A DNA stretch of 63,945 bases, the filler included, from Sandaracinaceae bacterium (GTDB taxonomy: Bacteria; Myxococcota_A; Polyangia; Polyangiales; JADJQN01): the NCBI GenBank assembly GCA_947483975.1. It is 6 parts of 6 records of this genome, joined end to end, with 100 filler letters (N's around TTAATTAATTAA, not from the genome) between each part and the next. Parts side by side here need not be neighbours in the genome. Positions count along the whole stretch, not along the records: positions 10,939 to 21,742 come from CANKOL010000161.1; 5 more parts are not named here. One strand, written 5' to 3'. The notes beneath the pieces are model-generated. The model saw nothing but the letters and a program-made list of their open reading frames with translations, was not told where the DNA came from and searched no databases. Positions 10,939 to 21,382 of this stretch are shown in pieces (position 1 is the stretch's first letter; every line of letters starts with the position of its first letter). The position numbers and the translations under genes are program-made.

Positions 10939-12958
10939 CGAGGTCGCGGAGCGCGAACGGCGCCGACTGGGAGCGCAGCGCCGTCTCGAGGAGCGGCCGA
11001 GCGCCCTCGGCGATCGTCAGCGGCGCGCCCAGGTCGGCGAGGTCGCGCGTCCAGAACAGCCCGCGCGTCTCGACCGCGCCCGCCGGAGCCCGCACGGCGA
11101 CGGGGCTCGTCCCGAGCTCCGTATAGACCGCGCCAGACGTCCGCCGCTCCCCATCGTCGACCTCCTCGAAGATGCGCTCCTGTCGAGGGCGCCCCGCGGG
11201 CTCGAGCTCCGTCAGAGGGGCGCTCGTGCGCTCGCGCTCGGCCTCCGCCACCGCCGGCTCCTCGCGCTCGAGCCGACACTGCGCAGCGAGCGTGACCAGC
11301 CTGTGCGCCGCGGCGAGGGCGCGGTGCCCTCTCGCTCGGAGAGGCACCCACGTCCTCTGCAGCGGCGGGGCATAGCGCCACTCGACCGCGTCGCTCGAGT
11401 GTTCAGCGTAGGGCGGCGCGAGGGTGGCTTCGCCCTCGAGCAGCGTCGCCGCGCGGAAGGCCGCGTCCGGGGCGCTCGTGACGCAGAAGCTCGTCGCGTG
11501 GGGCGGCGCCACGAAGCGCAGCGCGACCGGCTCGGTCGTCAGCCCCGCGGTGCCATCGCCGAGGCGCAGCGTCTCGAACTCCGAGCGCTCCGCCGCCACG
11601 CTCGTGTGGCCCGCGAGGAGCGTCGTGTCGTCCGCGCCGACGAAGCGATACTGGACGTCCGTCGGCGCCGACGCGAACGACGGCGCGCGCAGCACCCTGC
11701 GGATCTCGACGCGGAGCGCTCGCTCGCCGAGGGCTCCGTCGCCCGCCACGGCGAAGCAGAGCGGGGCGTCGCCGCGCTCGGCCGCCGCCTCGTAGAGCGG
11801 GACGTAGCGGAGGTCGGGCGCGAGGGCTCGCTCGCCGTCGACCGGAGCTGGCTGCGGCCCCTCGCGGAGGTAGACCCGCTCGTCGAGCGTCTCCGACGAC
11901 AGCGACGCGACCGCCTCGCCCTCGGCGACGCGCGCAAACACGGTGTACGCGCCTTCTCCGAGCGCGACGCGCGTCAGTCGCCCCGAGCCCTCGGCGGCCA
12001 GCGCATGCCCGACCGACCGCTCCACTCCCGTCTCGTCGAGCGTGGAGACGTCCGTCGGCGCGCCGTCGCTGCGGAACACGAGCGTGGCAGGTCCGAGCAC
12101 GTTCCAGGCGGCGGCGTGCAGCGGATCGACGGGCACTCCGCCGCGCGCGACGGTGGCCTCCTCACGTCGCCTGAAGCCCGTGTAGAAGATCGCCCGCGTG
12201 AGGTAGTCGGCGCCCTCCTCGCCCACCGCCGCGAGGCGCTGCCACTCGCTCGCGACGAAGGCGTTGCGGTCCCGCTCAGGCAGCGCCTCCCAGCGCGGAA
12301 GACCTCGCGTCGCCGCGAGCCGCTCTCGCTCCGGCAACGAGAGCGCGAGTCGCCGCACTCCCGCGGTCGACGGCGCCAGGCGGATCCTCCGATACGCGCG
12401 CAGCAACACCTCGTCGGTGCCGCCCGCAGGCGCGAAGTCCATCACCGCGCGGTCCTCGACGCCGGGCGGCATCGTCACCTCGAGCATGCGGTCGTCGCTG
12501 AGCGCCGTGCCGTCCGTCGTGAACGCGTTCTCGTCGAGCCACTGCTCGCCTTGCAGCCGGCCGCGGCTGCGGCGACTGCGGCTCCAGAACGCCTGGCGGA
12601 AGAGCACTCGACCGTTGGGCTGCCGGACGCGCACGGTGAGCCCATAGGGCGCGCAGCGATCGGCCGGCGCGTCGCCCCGCACGACCGCGTGCGTCACGAG
12701 AAACACGGCGCGTTCACCGCGCGTGAGCACGAGGCTCGGGGAGCTTCCCGCGCGGATTCGGTAGAGCACCTGGCGATCGGCGTTCCGGTACTTCGCCTCG
12801 CGCGTCGGCGGCGGCGTGCCGACGGCGCGTACCACGAAGAGCGTCGTGCCGAGCACCGCGGCGAGCATCAGCGCGAGCACGACCGCCCGCAGCGTCGTGC
12901 TGCCCAGCGGTGGCTTGGGCGTCGTAGGGGGGCGCGTGCGCGCGGCTTCGTGGCTCAT
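10939..12958 (-). CDS. Hypothetical membrane-anchored/exported protein, 3'-truncated
   Basis: Long ORF with an N-terminal TM segment; ATGA overlap with the upstream PgsC-like gene; runs into the linker. Confidence 0.75.
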
Positions 12959-15900
12959 GGTGCGGCCCCCGCGCGCGTCGCCATGCGCACCTGTCGGCTC
13001 CGCGTGAGCAGCGCGCGCTCGAGCGCGTCGGAGTTGGTCCCGTCGAGCAGCAGCGGCTCGGCTGTCGGCTCCGGAGAGAACGCGAGCAGCCGCACGGTCA
13101 GCTCACCGAGGTGCAGCTCGAGCGCGAGGAAGTCCGCGCCGGCGACCGGGTCGAACCCTGCAAAGCCGCGGGCGCCAACGGTCAGCAGCAGACGCCGCAG
13201 CGGGTGCGGGCTCACGCCGGTCGCCGCTTGCTCGAGCGCCGCTCCAGCCTCGTCGAGGCGCGCGCGCGACTCCGCGTCGAGGTCGGTGACGAGCGCGCCC
13301 GCGCTCGAGCCCTGCGCGAAGAACTGCAGCGCGCCCTCGGTCCAGGTCGGCAGCGTGAGGCTCCGGGCGACGACGCTCGCCGGGCCCGCGCTGCGATCGA
13401 CGAACGGGAGTCGGCTCGCCTCGGAGAACCAGAGCAGCGCGGGCGCCGGGCCGCTCTGCTCGCGACGAAACCGCACGCCCGGCTCATGCCAGCCGTCGAG
13501 CCCGAGGGTGTCGACCTCGCCCCGCGCGAAGCGCATCGGGCGATATCCCGCGAGCGGCCCTCCGAGCAGCGTAGCGAGCCGCGGGCACGGCGCGACTCCG
13601 TCCACCAGCGGCGCCCCGACGCCCACGATGAGCGCGTCCGGGACCGCTCGGAAGCCCCCGAGTCCGCGCACCTGCGCGAGGAGCGCGTCGCTGCCGACGA
13701 CGCGCGCCAGCAGCCTGTAGGCGGCCGACTCGAACGCGAAGTGCGTCGTACGGAAGCCTCCCACCAGCGCCTCGCCGTCGGCGTCGGAGACAGGCGCCCC
13801 TCGGTCCCCTCCGATCATCAGCGCGCGCGCGTCGGTCGCCGCGAAGAGCGAGTAGGCGAGGCGGTCGGTGCCGAGCTCGAGCCAAGGTTGAGGCGCCGTG
13901 TACACGAGGGGTGCGGCCGGGCCGACGCGGACCACCAGCGCGCCCCAGGTCTGCGTGCGGGCGTCGTCCGGGAGCAGCAGGAGCATCGGCGCGTGCGGGC
14001 CGCCGCCGTCGGCGAGAAAGCGCACGGTGCAGCCGATCGCCGCCGCGCTCTCCGCGGCGAGCCGGACGTTCGGACCGTCGGGGCCCTCGCCGGCCAGCGC
14101 CGCCTCGAGGAGCGGCGTCACGACGTAGTCGGCGTAGAGCCGCAGCTCCGCGTCGCTCGGCGGCGGTGTCCCCGCAGGGGAGAGATCGGCGTCTCGAAAG
14201 AGCGACTCGGAAGCGCGCACTCCAGCCTCCATTACGGGAGGCGCGACGTGCGCGAGCAGCGCCGCCATCGAGCCGCGGATCACGACGGCAGCGTGCCTCT
14301 GCTCGTTGGGGTCCGCGCGCAGCAGCACGGTGGCCCCGGGCAGCAAGCGCGCCAGCGCGATCGGCGCAGGCACCGGACCGTCCACGAGCACGCGGTCGCT
14401 CGAGCCCGCCGGCGCCCGTCGCACCACGACGCGCGTGCGCCCCGCGCGCTCCTGCACGGCGAGGAGCCAGGGCGGCGGCGGCGCGCCGCTCGTGTCGACG
14501 CCGGCGACCGTCAGCAGCGAGCAGTCGAGACGCGCGCAGAGATCGAGGGCGAAGCCTACGGACTCCGGCTCGCGCCGAGGATGGCGCACCTCGATGACCG
14601 GACCTCGGGCCCCGACGTGCACGAGGGCGGTGTCCCGTCCTTCGAGGCGCTCGAGGGCGCGCGTCTGCTCGCGCACGACGACCCACGCCGCGCTGAGGCG
14701 CTCGACCGCGAGCCCGTCGGTCGCCGCCTCGCGCAGCGCGCGCACGCTCTCGAGGCGACGCGTGCGGAGCAGCTCGACGAGAGGGTCTACGACGCGGTCG
14801 AGTCCGCTGTGCGCGCCGGGCGGGCTCTCGAACAGCGCGCGCGCTGCCGCTGCTCGCGCGCTCGGGGCCACCGCGTTCTCGACGAGGACGGTCGGACTCA
14901 CGTCCTGCGCCACCTCGGCGGGACGCGCGGCCGCCGGCATCACCGCGTCGAAGCCGAGCCCGAGCGCGCTCCCGACGAGGAACCCGAACAGCGAGACCTG
15001 GGTCGCGGGCAGCAGCACGCGGCCCACGGCCTTCGCCTGGATCATCTTCGCGGCGAGCAGGCTCGGGAGCAGGTAGCCGATGCCGAACACATCGTTCGCG
15101 TGAAAGTCCGGGCTTCGATGCCCGACGACGACCGAGACGAGCCCGCGCAACAGCACGCCGAGCGTGAACACGAACGCGATACGCCTCGGGCCCTCGAGGT
15201 TGAGCGTACGGACCCAGGGCAGGCGCACGACGCCGCGCGCGAGCACGAGCAGCAGCAGGGCCTCGGCGAGCGTCGCGACCAGCCGCATCGGCTCGAACCA
15301 CGTCAGCGCGAGCAAGCCCGGCACCAAGATCCCGTTGTAGTCCCAGCCGTAGTCGAGGTTGTACCGCGACGCGAAGTACGCGCCGCTCAGCAGGATCAGG
15401 TAGACCTTCGGGCTCGAGGCGAAGTCGAGCGCGGCGTCCTCGTACGTCAACTCCTGGTGCGCGTACGAGAGGTTCGTGTACGGAAGCAGGACGTACGCCA
15501 CGACCACGTAGGTGATCAGCGTGGGCACCGCGACCTGCCAGAGGCCGCGCCGCACATCGAGCTTCCAGAAGCTGTTGGCGGTGATCGGGACGAGCACCAG
15601 CCCGATCCCCGCGAGGCTCTGATCGAGCACCAAGGTCGTGCCGAATTGCTCGTCGAGGAGCCTCGCGGTCGTCGGGAGCGCCCAGAATTCGCAGACCTGG
15701 CGGACGACGATGCCGACCACGAGCAGCAGGAAGAATCGGTCGCGCCCGAAGAACTCGACGCCCGCCCCCGTCCGCGAGAAGGCCTGCGAAATGGCGCGCG
15801 CGACCACGAACGTCAGCACCGCCTCGAGCACGACCGTCACGCCCGCCGCGGGCGAGAACACGAACACCGAGGCGAGGTAGCCGGGCACGATCAGCCCCGC

Positions 15901-16011
15901 GAAGACCCAGCCGAAGCTCTCCGTCAAAAAGAGGAGGACGAAGACTCCGACGAGGACGGCCGGCAGGATCGAGGAGTCGACGCCGTGCGGAAAGAGGGCG
16001 AGGGCGTTCAC
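12955..16011 (-). CDS. Large PgsC/CapC-like multi-pass membrane protein with extended soluble C-terminus
   Basis: ESFGWVFAGLIVPGYLA and a second similar DYGWDYNGILVPGLLA segment resemble the PgsC/CapC motif; ~350 aa hydrophobic N-terminus. Confidence 0.7.
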   Translation of the reverse strand: MNALALFPHGVDSSILPAVLVGVFVLLFLTESFGWVFAGLIVPGYLASVFVFSPAAGVTVVLEAVLTFVVARAISQAFSRTGAGVEFFGRDRFFLLLVVGIVVRQVCEFWALPTTARLLDEQFGTTLVLDQSLAGIGLVLVPITANSFWKLDVRRGLWQVAVPTLITYVVVAYVLLPYTNLSYAHQELTYEDAALDFASSPKVYLILLSGAYFASRYNLDYGWDYNGILVPGLLALTWFEPMRLVATLAEALLLLVLARGVVRLPWVRTLNLEGPRRIAFVFTLGVLLRGLVSVVVGHRSPDFHANDVFGIGYLLPSLLAAKMIQAKAVGRVLLPATQVSLFGFLVGSALGLGFDAVMPAAARPAEVAQDVSPTVLVENAVAPSARAAAARALFESPPGAHSGLDRVVDPLVELLRTRRLESVRALREAATDGLAVERLSAAWVVVREQTRALERLEGRDTALVHVGARGPVIEVRHPRREPESVGFALDLCARLDCSLLTVAGVDTSGAPPPPWLLAVQERAGRTRVVVRRAPAGSSDRVLVDGPVPAPIALARLLPGATVLLRADPNEQRHAAVVIRGSMAALLAHVAPPVMEAGVRASESLFRDADLSPAGTPPPSDAELRLYADYVVTPLLEAALAGEGPDGPNVRLAAESAAAIGCTVRFLADGGGPHAPMLLLLPDDARTQTWGALVVRVGPAAPLVYTAPQPWLELGTDRLAYSLFAATDARALMIGGDRGAPVSDADGEALVGGFRTTHFAFESAAYRLLARVVGSDALLAQVRGLGGFRAVPDALIVGVGAPLVDGVAPCPRLATLLGGPLAGYRPMRFARGEVDTLGLDGWHEPGVRFRREQSGPAPALLWFSEASRLPFVDRSAGPASVVARSLTLPTWTEGALQFFAQGSSAGALVTDLDAESRARLDEAGAALEQAATGVSPHPLRRLLLTVGARGFAGFDPVAGADFLALELHLGELTVRLLAFSPEPTAEPLLLDGTNSDALERALLTRSRQVRMATRAGAAP

Positions 16012-17915
16012 GCGTCCGGCGCCTTGCGGCGTCCCACGGGGATCGTGGGACGGTCGTCGTGTTCGCCTCGCTCACCGAAGCGCGGCAGCAGACCGCTCTG
16101 GCTCGTGTCGTCCTTGGGAGGGAGCGTCCCCTCTCGTGGACGAAATTGCGTGTCGAGATGCACCGCCGAGAGCGCGAAGCTCCCGGGCGAGGCATCGACC
16201 CCCGGAGACCACGACAGCTCGAGCCTCGACCACGCGGCGTGCTTCGCCGCGACCAACACCGAGACGGTCTCTCCTGCGAGCGCTCGCTCGACGTACAGGT
16301 CCGCCTCGGCCGCGTTGACGGCGGCCACCGAGGCGAGTAGCCGCGGCAACACGCGCTCGCCTGCGTCGGCGCCGATGCTCCCGAGGAACCGTCGCATCGC
16401 CCGGTTGGCGCTCTCGACGGTGCCCCACGGCCCCGTCATGAGGAGCGGCACCGGGAGCGACTCCAGCATTCGATGGAACCGGCGGAGGCGGGACGCGAGG
16501 TTGGTCCCGGCTGCGCCGAGCAACTCGAGGCGCGCTGGGAGAGACCCGAAGTGCCGGTCGTCCGAGCCAGCCGCGGCCTCGTGCTCAGCGTGCAAGAGGC
16601 CCGCGGCAAATTCTCGCCCGAGTCGCTCGAGGATCGCCCGATCGGGGACCTCTCCGTAGAACCCGAGCGCCCAGAAGCCGACGGTCACCCCGTCGGCCAC
16701 GAGGGGCACGAGCACCGCTTCGGCGGTGTTGGCGAAGAACCGGGGGACGACGGCGAGCCCCGCGCGCGAGGCCTCGCGAAACGGGTCCCGACGGCAATCG
16801 CGTCGCACCTCGAGCACGTCGGCGTCCGAGTAGCCGTCCGCGCCCGCGAGCCGCAAATGCCACTTGCCGGCAGGCAGCTCGAACACCGCCGAGCCGCGCG
16901 CCCGGAGCCGCGTCGAGGCCATCCGGGCGATCGCCTGATAGCGGCCATGGTCGACCGCGCTCGCGCCGACCGCCGCGAGGCGCAGCACCACGCTGCCGAC
17001 GCGCTCGGTGGCAGCGCGGGCCTCGAACGCGGTGAACGCGAGCGCGACGACGACCGTCCCGAGCACGGGGGCCGTTGGACCGAAGGCCACGCCGACGACG
17101 AATAGGCTCGCGGTCCCGAACGCGCAGGCGAGGGCCAGCAGCGCCGTCCACCAGGCCCGCCTCTTGGCGAGCCGCAGGACGAACAGCGCGAGCGTGACGA
17201 CCACCGCCGCAGCCCCGAAGTCGAACGCGCCCGGCAGCTCGACGAGGGGGCGTCGCCGCGCGGCGGAGGCGAGGACCTGCGCGAGCGCCTCCGGGGCAGA
17301 GAGCTCCCCGCGCGGCGTCGCCAGCAGCGGACCTCCGTGGGACTCGCCCACGACGACGACCGCGTCCTGGAACGCAGCGCTCGGCACCTCGCCCGAGAGC
17401 ACGCTGCGCGCCGCGAGGACTGTGGTGCCATCGCCGGGCGCGGCGGAGCGGAGCAGGGCGCCGTCCGTGCAGGGGAGCCCGAGCTGATCGAGCCCGATAC
17501 GCAAGGCTCCGACGCACTCGGCGCGCTCGAGCACGCCGCCTCGCCGGGCGAGTCCGAGCCGCCGCGGCGGGTCGCCGAGCGAGCCGAGCGTCACGACGGC
17601 ACGCGGACGCCCCGCGTGGATCAGCCGCAACAGCTCGTGGCGCGCGCCGAGATCGTCGGGGCTGTCGATCGACACCACGACCGCGCCCACGTCGCCGCCG
17701 AAGGCGTCGAGCGGATAGAGCCGCGCCCGAAACTGAGCGTCGAGCGCGTCGCAAAGCCCAGACAATTGCGCGGTGAGCACGATGCCGAAGGCCCAAGCGA
17801 GCGCGAGCAGTCGCGGGCGCGTCGAGGTCGAGTTCCAGGCGGCGCGCAACGCGTCGCGGGCCTTGTAGCCGGTCGCCACGAGCCGGCGGTAGAGGCGCAT
17901 CGTGCTTGAAGACAT
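16008..17915 (-). CDS. CHASE2-like sensor membrane protein with GAF- and PAS-like cytoplasmic domains
   Basis: VVVSID...FQDAVVVVGES...LATPRGELSAPEALAQ followed by 3 TM helices; LESLPVPLLMTGPWGTVESANRA PAS-like; start ATG 17915 chosen. Confidence 0.65.
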   Translation of the reverse strand: MSSSTMRLYRRLVATGYKARDALRAAWNSTSTRPRLLALAWAFGIVLTAQLSGLCDALDAQFRARLYPLDAFGGDVGAVVVSIDSPDDLGARHELLRLIHAGRPRAVVTLGSLGDPPRRLGLARRGGVLERAECVGALRIGLDQLGLPCTDGALLRSAAPGDGTTVLAARSVLSGEVPSAAFQDAVVVVGESHGGPLLATPRGELSAPEALAQVLASAARRRPLVELPGAFDFGAAAVVVTLALFVLRLAKRRAWWTALLALACAFGTASLFVVGVAFGPTAPVLGTVVVALAFTAFEARAATERVGSVVLRLAAVGASAVDHGRYQAIARMASTRLRARGSAVFELPAGKWHLRLAGADGYSDADVLEVRRDCRRDPFREASRAGLAVVPRFFANTAEAVLVPLVADGVTVGFWALGFYGEVPDRAILERLGREFAAGLLHAEHEAAAGSDDRHFGSLPARLELLGAAGTNLASRLRRFHRMLESLPVPLLMTGPWGTVESANRAMRRFLGSIGADAGERVLPRLLASVAAVNAAEADLYVERALAGETVSVLVAAKHAAWSRLELSWSPGVDASPGSFALSAVHLDTQFRPREGTLPPKDDTSQSGLLPRFGERGEHDDRPTIPVGRRKAPDA

Positions 17916-18146
17916 AGGAGAACCCCCCCACCAAAGGCAGCGCGGGCGGCGGAAGGTATCAGCTACGCCGAGAGCCGCCAACCAGCCCCGGAGCCTGCCC
18001 GGCGCCCGTCGGCGCGCTCCCCTGGGGGGCTCCCAGTCGTCGCCGACGCCCTCCGAGTGAAGCAACGGTTGTGGTCCGTTTCGGGCGCGTGGTAACGTCG
18101 CGCCGCTTCGCCCGGGACTGGGCGGGCATCACGTACTGGGAGAGAC

Positions 18147-18806
18147 ATGGATCGAGGCACTCGGCATCTCTGGATTCTGGCGCTCACGGCGCTCGCGCTC
18201 GGCAGCGCGCTTCTCGGCTGCACAGAGCCGAAGCCCGCGGCCGATCTCACGATCGAGCGCCTGCCAGACGTGAACCCCAACCTCCCGGCGGTGCCCACGC
18301 TGCCGCCGCCGCCGCATCCCGTTCAGCTGCCCGACCAGAGCTACACGGTGTACGGCGTGCGCAAGCGTATGCACCAGACGATGGACACCGACGTGTCGAT
18401 CACGGCCTACATCGTGGCGGTCTACACGCCGCCCGTCTGCCCGGAGAACCGCGTCTGCCCGCCGGCGCGCATCCCGCACATCTTCCTCGCCGACACGAAG
18501 GACGAGGCGGACCCGTACAAGCGCCTGACCGTCGTCGGCTTCGCCGAGAACCAGACGCAGATCGACGAGGCCGTCGCCGCGCTCGCGAGCGGCCATCCCC
18601 TCGCGCGCGAAGAGGGCGACGACCGCCCGCTCGTCCCCGGCGACTTCTTCGTCGGCGCCAAGATCAAGGTGCGCGGTCGCTTCACGCGCGTCACCGGCAC
18701 CGGCTTCTCGCAGTCGGACGGCGTGCTCGAGTACGGCGGCCACGAGACGCTCGAGCCGGGCGTCGCCCCGGTGCCGCCCGAGGGCACGCACCCTCGGCAC
18801 CACTAG
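18147..18806 (+). CDS. Hypothetical lipoprotein (possible OB-fold)
   Basis: Signal peptide ending ALLGC; GGAG upstream of ATG. Confidence 0.75.
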   Translation: MDRGTRHLWILALTALALGSALLGCTEPKPAADLTIERLPDVNPNLPAVPTLPPPPHPVQLPDQSYTVYGVRKRMHQTMDTDVSITAYIVAVYTPPVCPENRVCPPARIPHIFLADTKDEADPYKRLTVVGFAENQTQIDEAVAALASGHPLAREEGDDRPLVPGDFFVGAKIKVRGRFTRVTGTGFSQSDGVLEYGGHETLEPGVAPVPPEGTHPRHH

Positions 18807-18848
18807 TCGTCTCGTCGGACGAGCGCGACACCCGAGGCGTTCGCGGAG

Positions 18849-20402
18849 ATGCTGCGCCTCATCCTCCGGAGATTGTTCGTCGTCGTGCCGACGCTCGTCG
18901 GCGTGACGCTCGTTTGCTTCGCGCTGCTCGTGCTCGCGCCACCGCCCCGTGAGGGGTTGGCGTCGGAGGCGTCGCGCGCGCTCTTCCTCGACCTGCCGCT
19001 CTTCGTCAGCGGCACGCCGCGCGACCTCGGTCGAGACGTCGAGGACGCGCTCGCGCAGGCCGCGGCGGGGCGTCCGACGCGCGACCTCTCGGGGCGAGGG
19101 GCAGTGCTCGTGCCGCTGCTCGTGCCGCGCCTCGGCGCGCTGCCGGAGCGGGCCCAGCGCTGGGCGCTCGAGCAGCTCACGCCCAACGCCGGCGGGCTCG
19201 CAGGCCCCAACGAGCTCGCCGACGCGCATGACGATCTGACGTTCTGGTCCGACGTCTACGAGACCCGCAAGCTCGACTTTCGCGCGAGCCATGTGCGGCG
19301 GCTGGTGCGTCGCCTCCGCGCCGGGACCAGCCGCCACGCCGCCGATCAGCTGCGCGAGCTCGGCACGTTCGCCCTCCCCGAGTTGGTCGCCGCGCTCGAC
19401 GACGCCGACGACGTCGACGCGCGCCAGCGGGTCGTGGCCGTGCTCGCCGACGTGCGGCCCGAGGCGCCACCCGCGAGCCTGCGCGTCGCGGACGAGCGCT
19501 CCCCCGAGGCGTGGCGCGAGTGGTGGTTCGTCCACCGCCCAGACTACGTCGTGTTCGACCGCTTCGACCGCGCTGCCGGCGTGGTCACGGAGACGCGGTA
19601 CGGCAAGTGGCTCGCGCGGCTCGTGACGCTGCGCCTCGGCACCTCCGCCGTGGACGGGCAGGCCGTCGCCACGAAGATCGCCTCACGCGGCGCCGTCACG
19701 GTGATGCTCGCGACGCTCGCCGCGTTGGTCGCGCTGCTCCTGGCCGTTCCCCTCGGGACGCTCACCGCGGTGCGGCGCGGCGGCGTCCTCGATCGCCTCG
19801 TCGCGGCGCTCGGCTTCGTCCTCTACTCGCTGCCCGTCGTCTGGGTCGGCACGCTCGTCCTCGGCGCCGTCTGCGGCTCGCCGGGCGTCGCGCTCTTCCC
19901 CGCGGGCGGGCTCTCGGACCCGCACCTCGCCGGCGCGCCGCTCGTGCCGCGCCTCGTCGACCTCGCGTGGCACCTCGCGATGCCGGTGCTCTGCCTCGCC
20001 TATCCCTCGCTGATCGTGCTGAGCCGCCATCAGCGGAGCGCCGTGCTCAACGTGATCCGCACCGACTACGTGCGGACGGCGCGCGCGAAGGGCCTGCCCG
20101 AGTCGCTCGTCATCCGCCGCCATGTGCTGCGCAACGCGCTGCTGCCGGTGCTGACGCTCGCGGGGCTCGAGGTGCCGCTGCTCGTCGGCACCTCGGTGCT
20201 CGTCGAGGAGCTCTTCGCGATCCCTGGGCTCGGCCGGGAGACGGTCGCCGCGGTCGCCGCGCGCGATGTGTCGTGGCTCGTCGCGGTGACGGCGGCGGCG
20301 GCCATCGTCAGCGTGATCGGGCTCCTGCTCGGGGACCTCCTCGTCGCGCTCGTCGACCCTCGAACGCGACGCTCGGCGGCCGGCGGCGGGGAGCTCCGAT
20401 GA
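18849..20402 (+). CDS. Peptide/nickel ABC transporter permease (DppB/OppB family) with large insertion
   Basis: MLRLILRRLFVVVPTL start; DYVRTARAKGL..HVLRNALLP, VEELFAIPGLG, ALVDPR. Confidence 0.9.
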   Translation: MLRLILRRLFVVVPTLVGVTLVCFALLVLAPPPREGLASEASRALFLDLPLFVSGTPRDLGRDVEDALAQAAAGRPTRDLSGRGAVLVPLLVPRLGALPERAQRWALEQLTPNAGGLAGPNELADAHDDLTFWSDVYETRKLDFRASHVRRLVRRLRAGTSRHAADQLRELGTFALPELVAALDDADDVDARQRVVAVLADVRPEAPPASLRVADERSPEAWREWWFVHRPDYVVFDRFDRAAGVVTETRYGKWLARLVTLRLGTSAVDGQAVATKIASRGAVTVMLATLAALVALLLAVPLGTLTAVRRGGVLDRLVAALGFVLYSLPVVWVGTLVLGAVCGSPGVALFPAGGLSDPHLAGAPLVPRLVDLAWHLAMPVLCLAYPSLIVLSRHQRSAVLNVIRTDYVRTARAKGLPESLVIRRHVLRNALLPVLTLAGLEVPLLVGTSVLVEELFAIPGLGRETVAAVAARDVSWLVAVTAAAAIVSVIGLLLGDLLVALVDPRTRRSAAGGGELR

Positions 20403-21373
20403 AGCTCTCCGCGCGCCCGAAACAGCTCGTGGGCATCGTGCGCGAGCGCGTGCGGCAGCGCGCCGGCACGCTGCGCGTCCTCTGGCGCACGCGCCGCGCG
20501 CAGCTCGGGCTCATCGGCATGGCGGCGCTCTTCACCCTCGCGGCGCTCGCCGACGTGCTCGCCTCGCCTGCGCCGAGCAGCGTCCTCGTGGCCGCTCCTT
20601 CGGGGGCGCACTGGCTCGGCACCGACACGCTCGGGCGCGATGTGCTCGCGTGCCTGATCCACGGGACCCGCGCGGCGCTCGCGACGGGGCTCGTCTCAGC
20701 GGCGATCGTCGTCACCGTCGGCGTCGCGCTCGGGGCCGTCTCCGGCTTCTACGGAGGGCGCCTCGACACCTTCCTCACGCGCACGATCGAGGTCCTGCTG
20801 AGCGTTCCGACGATCCTCGCCGTGCTCGCGCTCCGCGGTATTACTGGCGATACGCGCCTGCTCGACGTCGCCGTCGTGTTCGGCGTGCTTCGCTGGACGG
20901 ACGTCGCTCGCATGATACGCGCCGAGGTCCTGCGCGCGCGTAGCAGCGACTGGGCGGTCGCGGCGCACGCGCTCGGGCTGACGCCGCTGCAGGTGCTCTC
21001 GCGGCATGTGCTCCCGGACGCGCTCTCGCCAGCCATCGTCGCGGCGCCGATCGCGATGGGCGCCGCGATCGTCGTCGACGCGTCCCTCGCGATGCTCGGC
21101 GCCTCGGAGCCCGTCGGCGTCGTGACGTGGGGCGCGCTGCTCGCGGGCGCGCGCCTGCACCGCGAGGCGTGGTGGCTCGCGGTGTTCCCGGGGCTCGCGC
21201 TCTTCGTCGCCGTCGCGAGCTTCAACCTCGTCGGTGAGTCACTCCGCGACGCGCTCGATCCGCACCTGCGCTCGCTCGCGCGTCCCGGCGCGACGAAGGT
21301 CGAGAAGCCGCCGCCGCGCACGAGCCGACCGCCGCGCGGCGAGCGCGAGCCGACGGGCGAGCAGCAACTCTAG
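20399..21373 (+). CDS. Peptide/nickel ABC transporter permease (DppC/OppC family)
   Basis: HWLGTDTLGRD, ARMIRAEVL, HVLPD, FNLVGESLRDALDP; ATGA overlap at 20399. Confidence 0.92.
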   Translation: MKLSARPKQLVGIVRERVRQRAGTLRVLWRTRRAQLGLIGMAALFTLAALADVLASPAPSSVLVAAPSGAHWLGTDTLGRDVLACLIHGTRAALATGLVSAAIVVTVGVALGAVSGFYGGRLDTFLTRTIEVLLSVPTILAVLALRGITGDTRLLDVAVVFGVLRWTDVARMIRAEVLRARSSDWAVAAHALGLTPLQVLSRHVLPDALSPAIVAAPIAMGAAIVVDASLAMLGASEPVGVVTWGALLAGARLHREAWWLAVFPGLALFVAVASFNLVGESLRDALDPHLRSLARPGATKVEKPPPRTSRPPRGEREPTGEQQL

Positions 21374-21382
21374 GCGCGTCGC

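Noticed and set aside
13111..16659. Long antisense/alternate-frame ORFs (also 1927-3993, 11303-13720, 29980-32619, 54912-56714, 61190-63274)
   Set aside because: Arg/Ala-rich shadow ORFs expected in high-GC DNA opposite well-supported genes.
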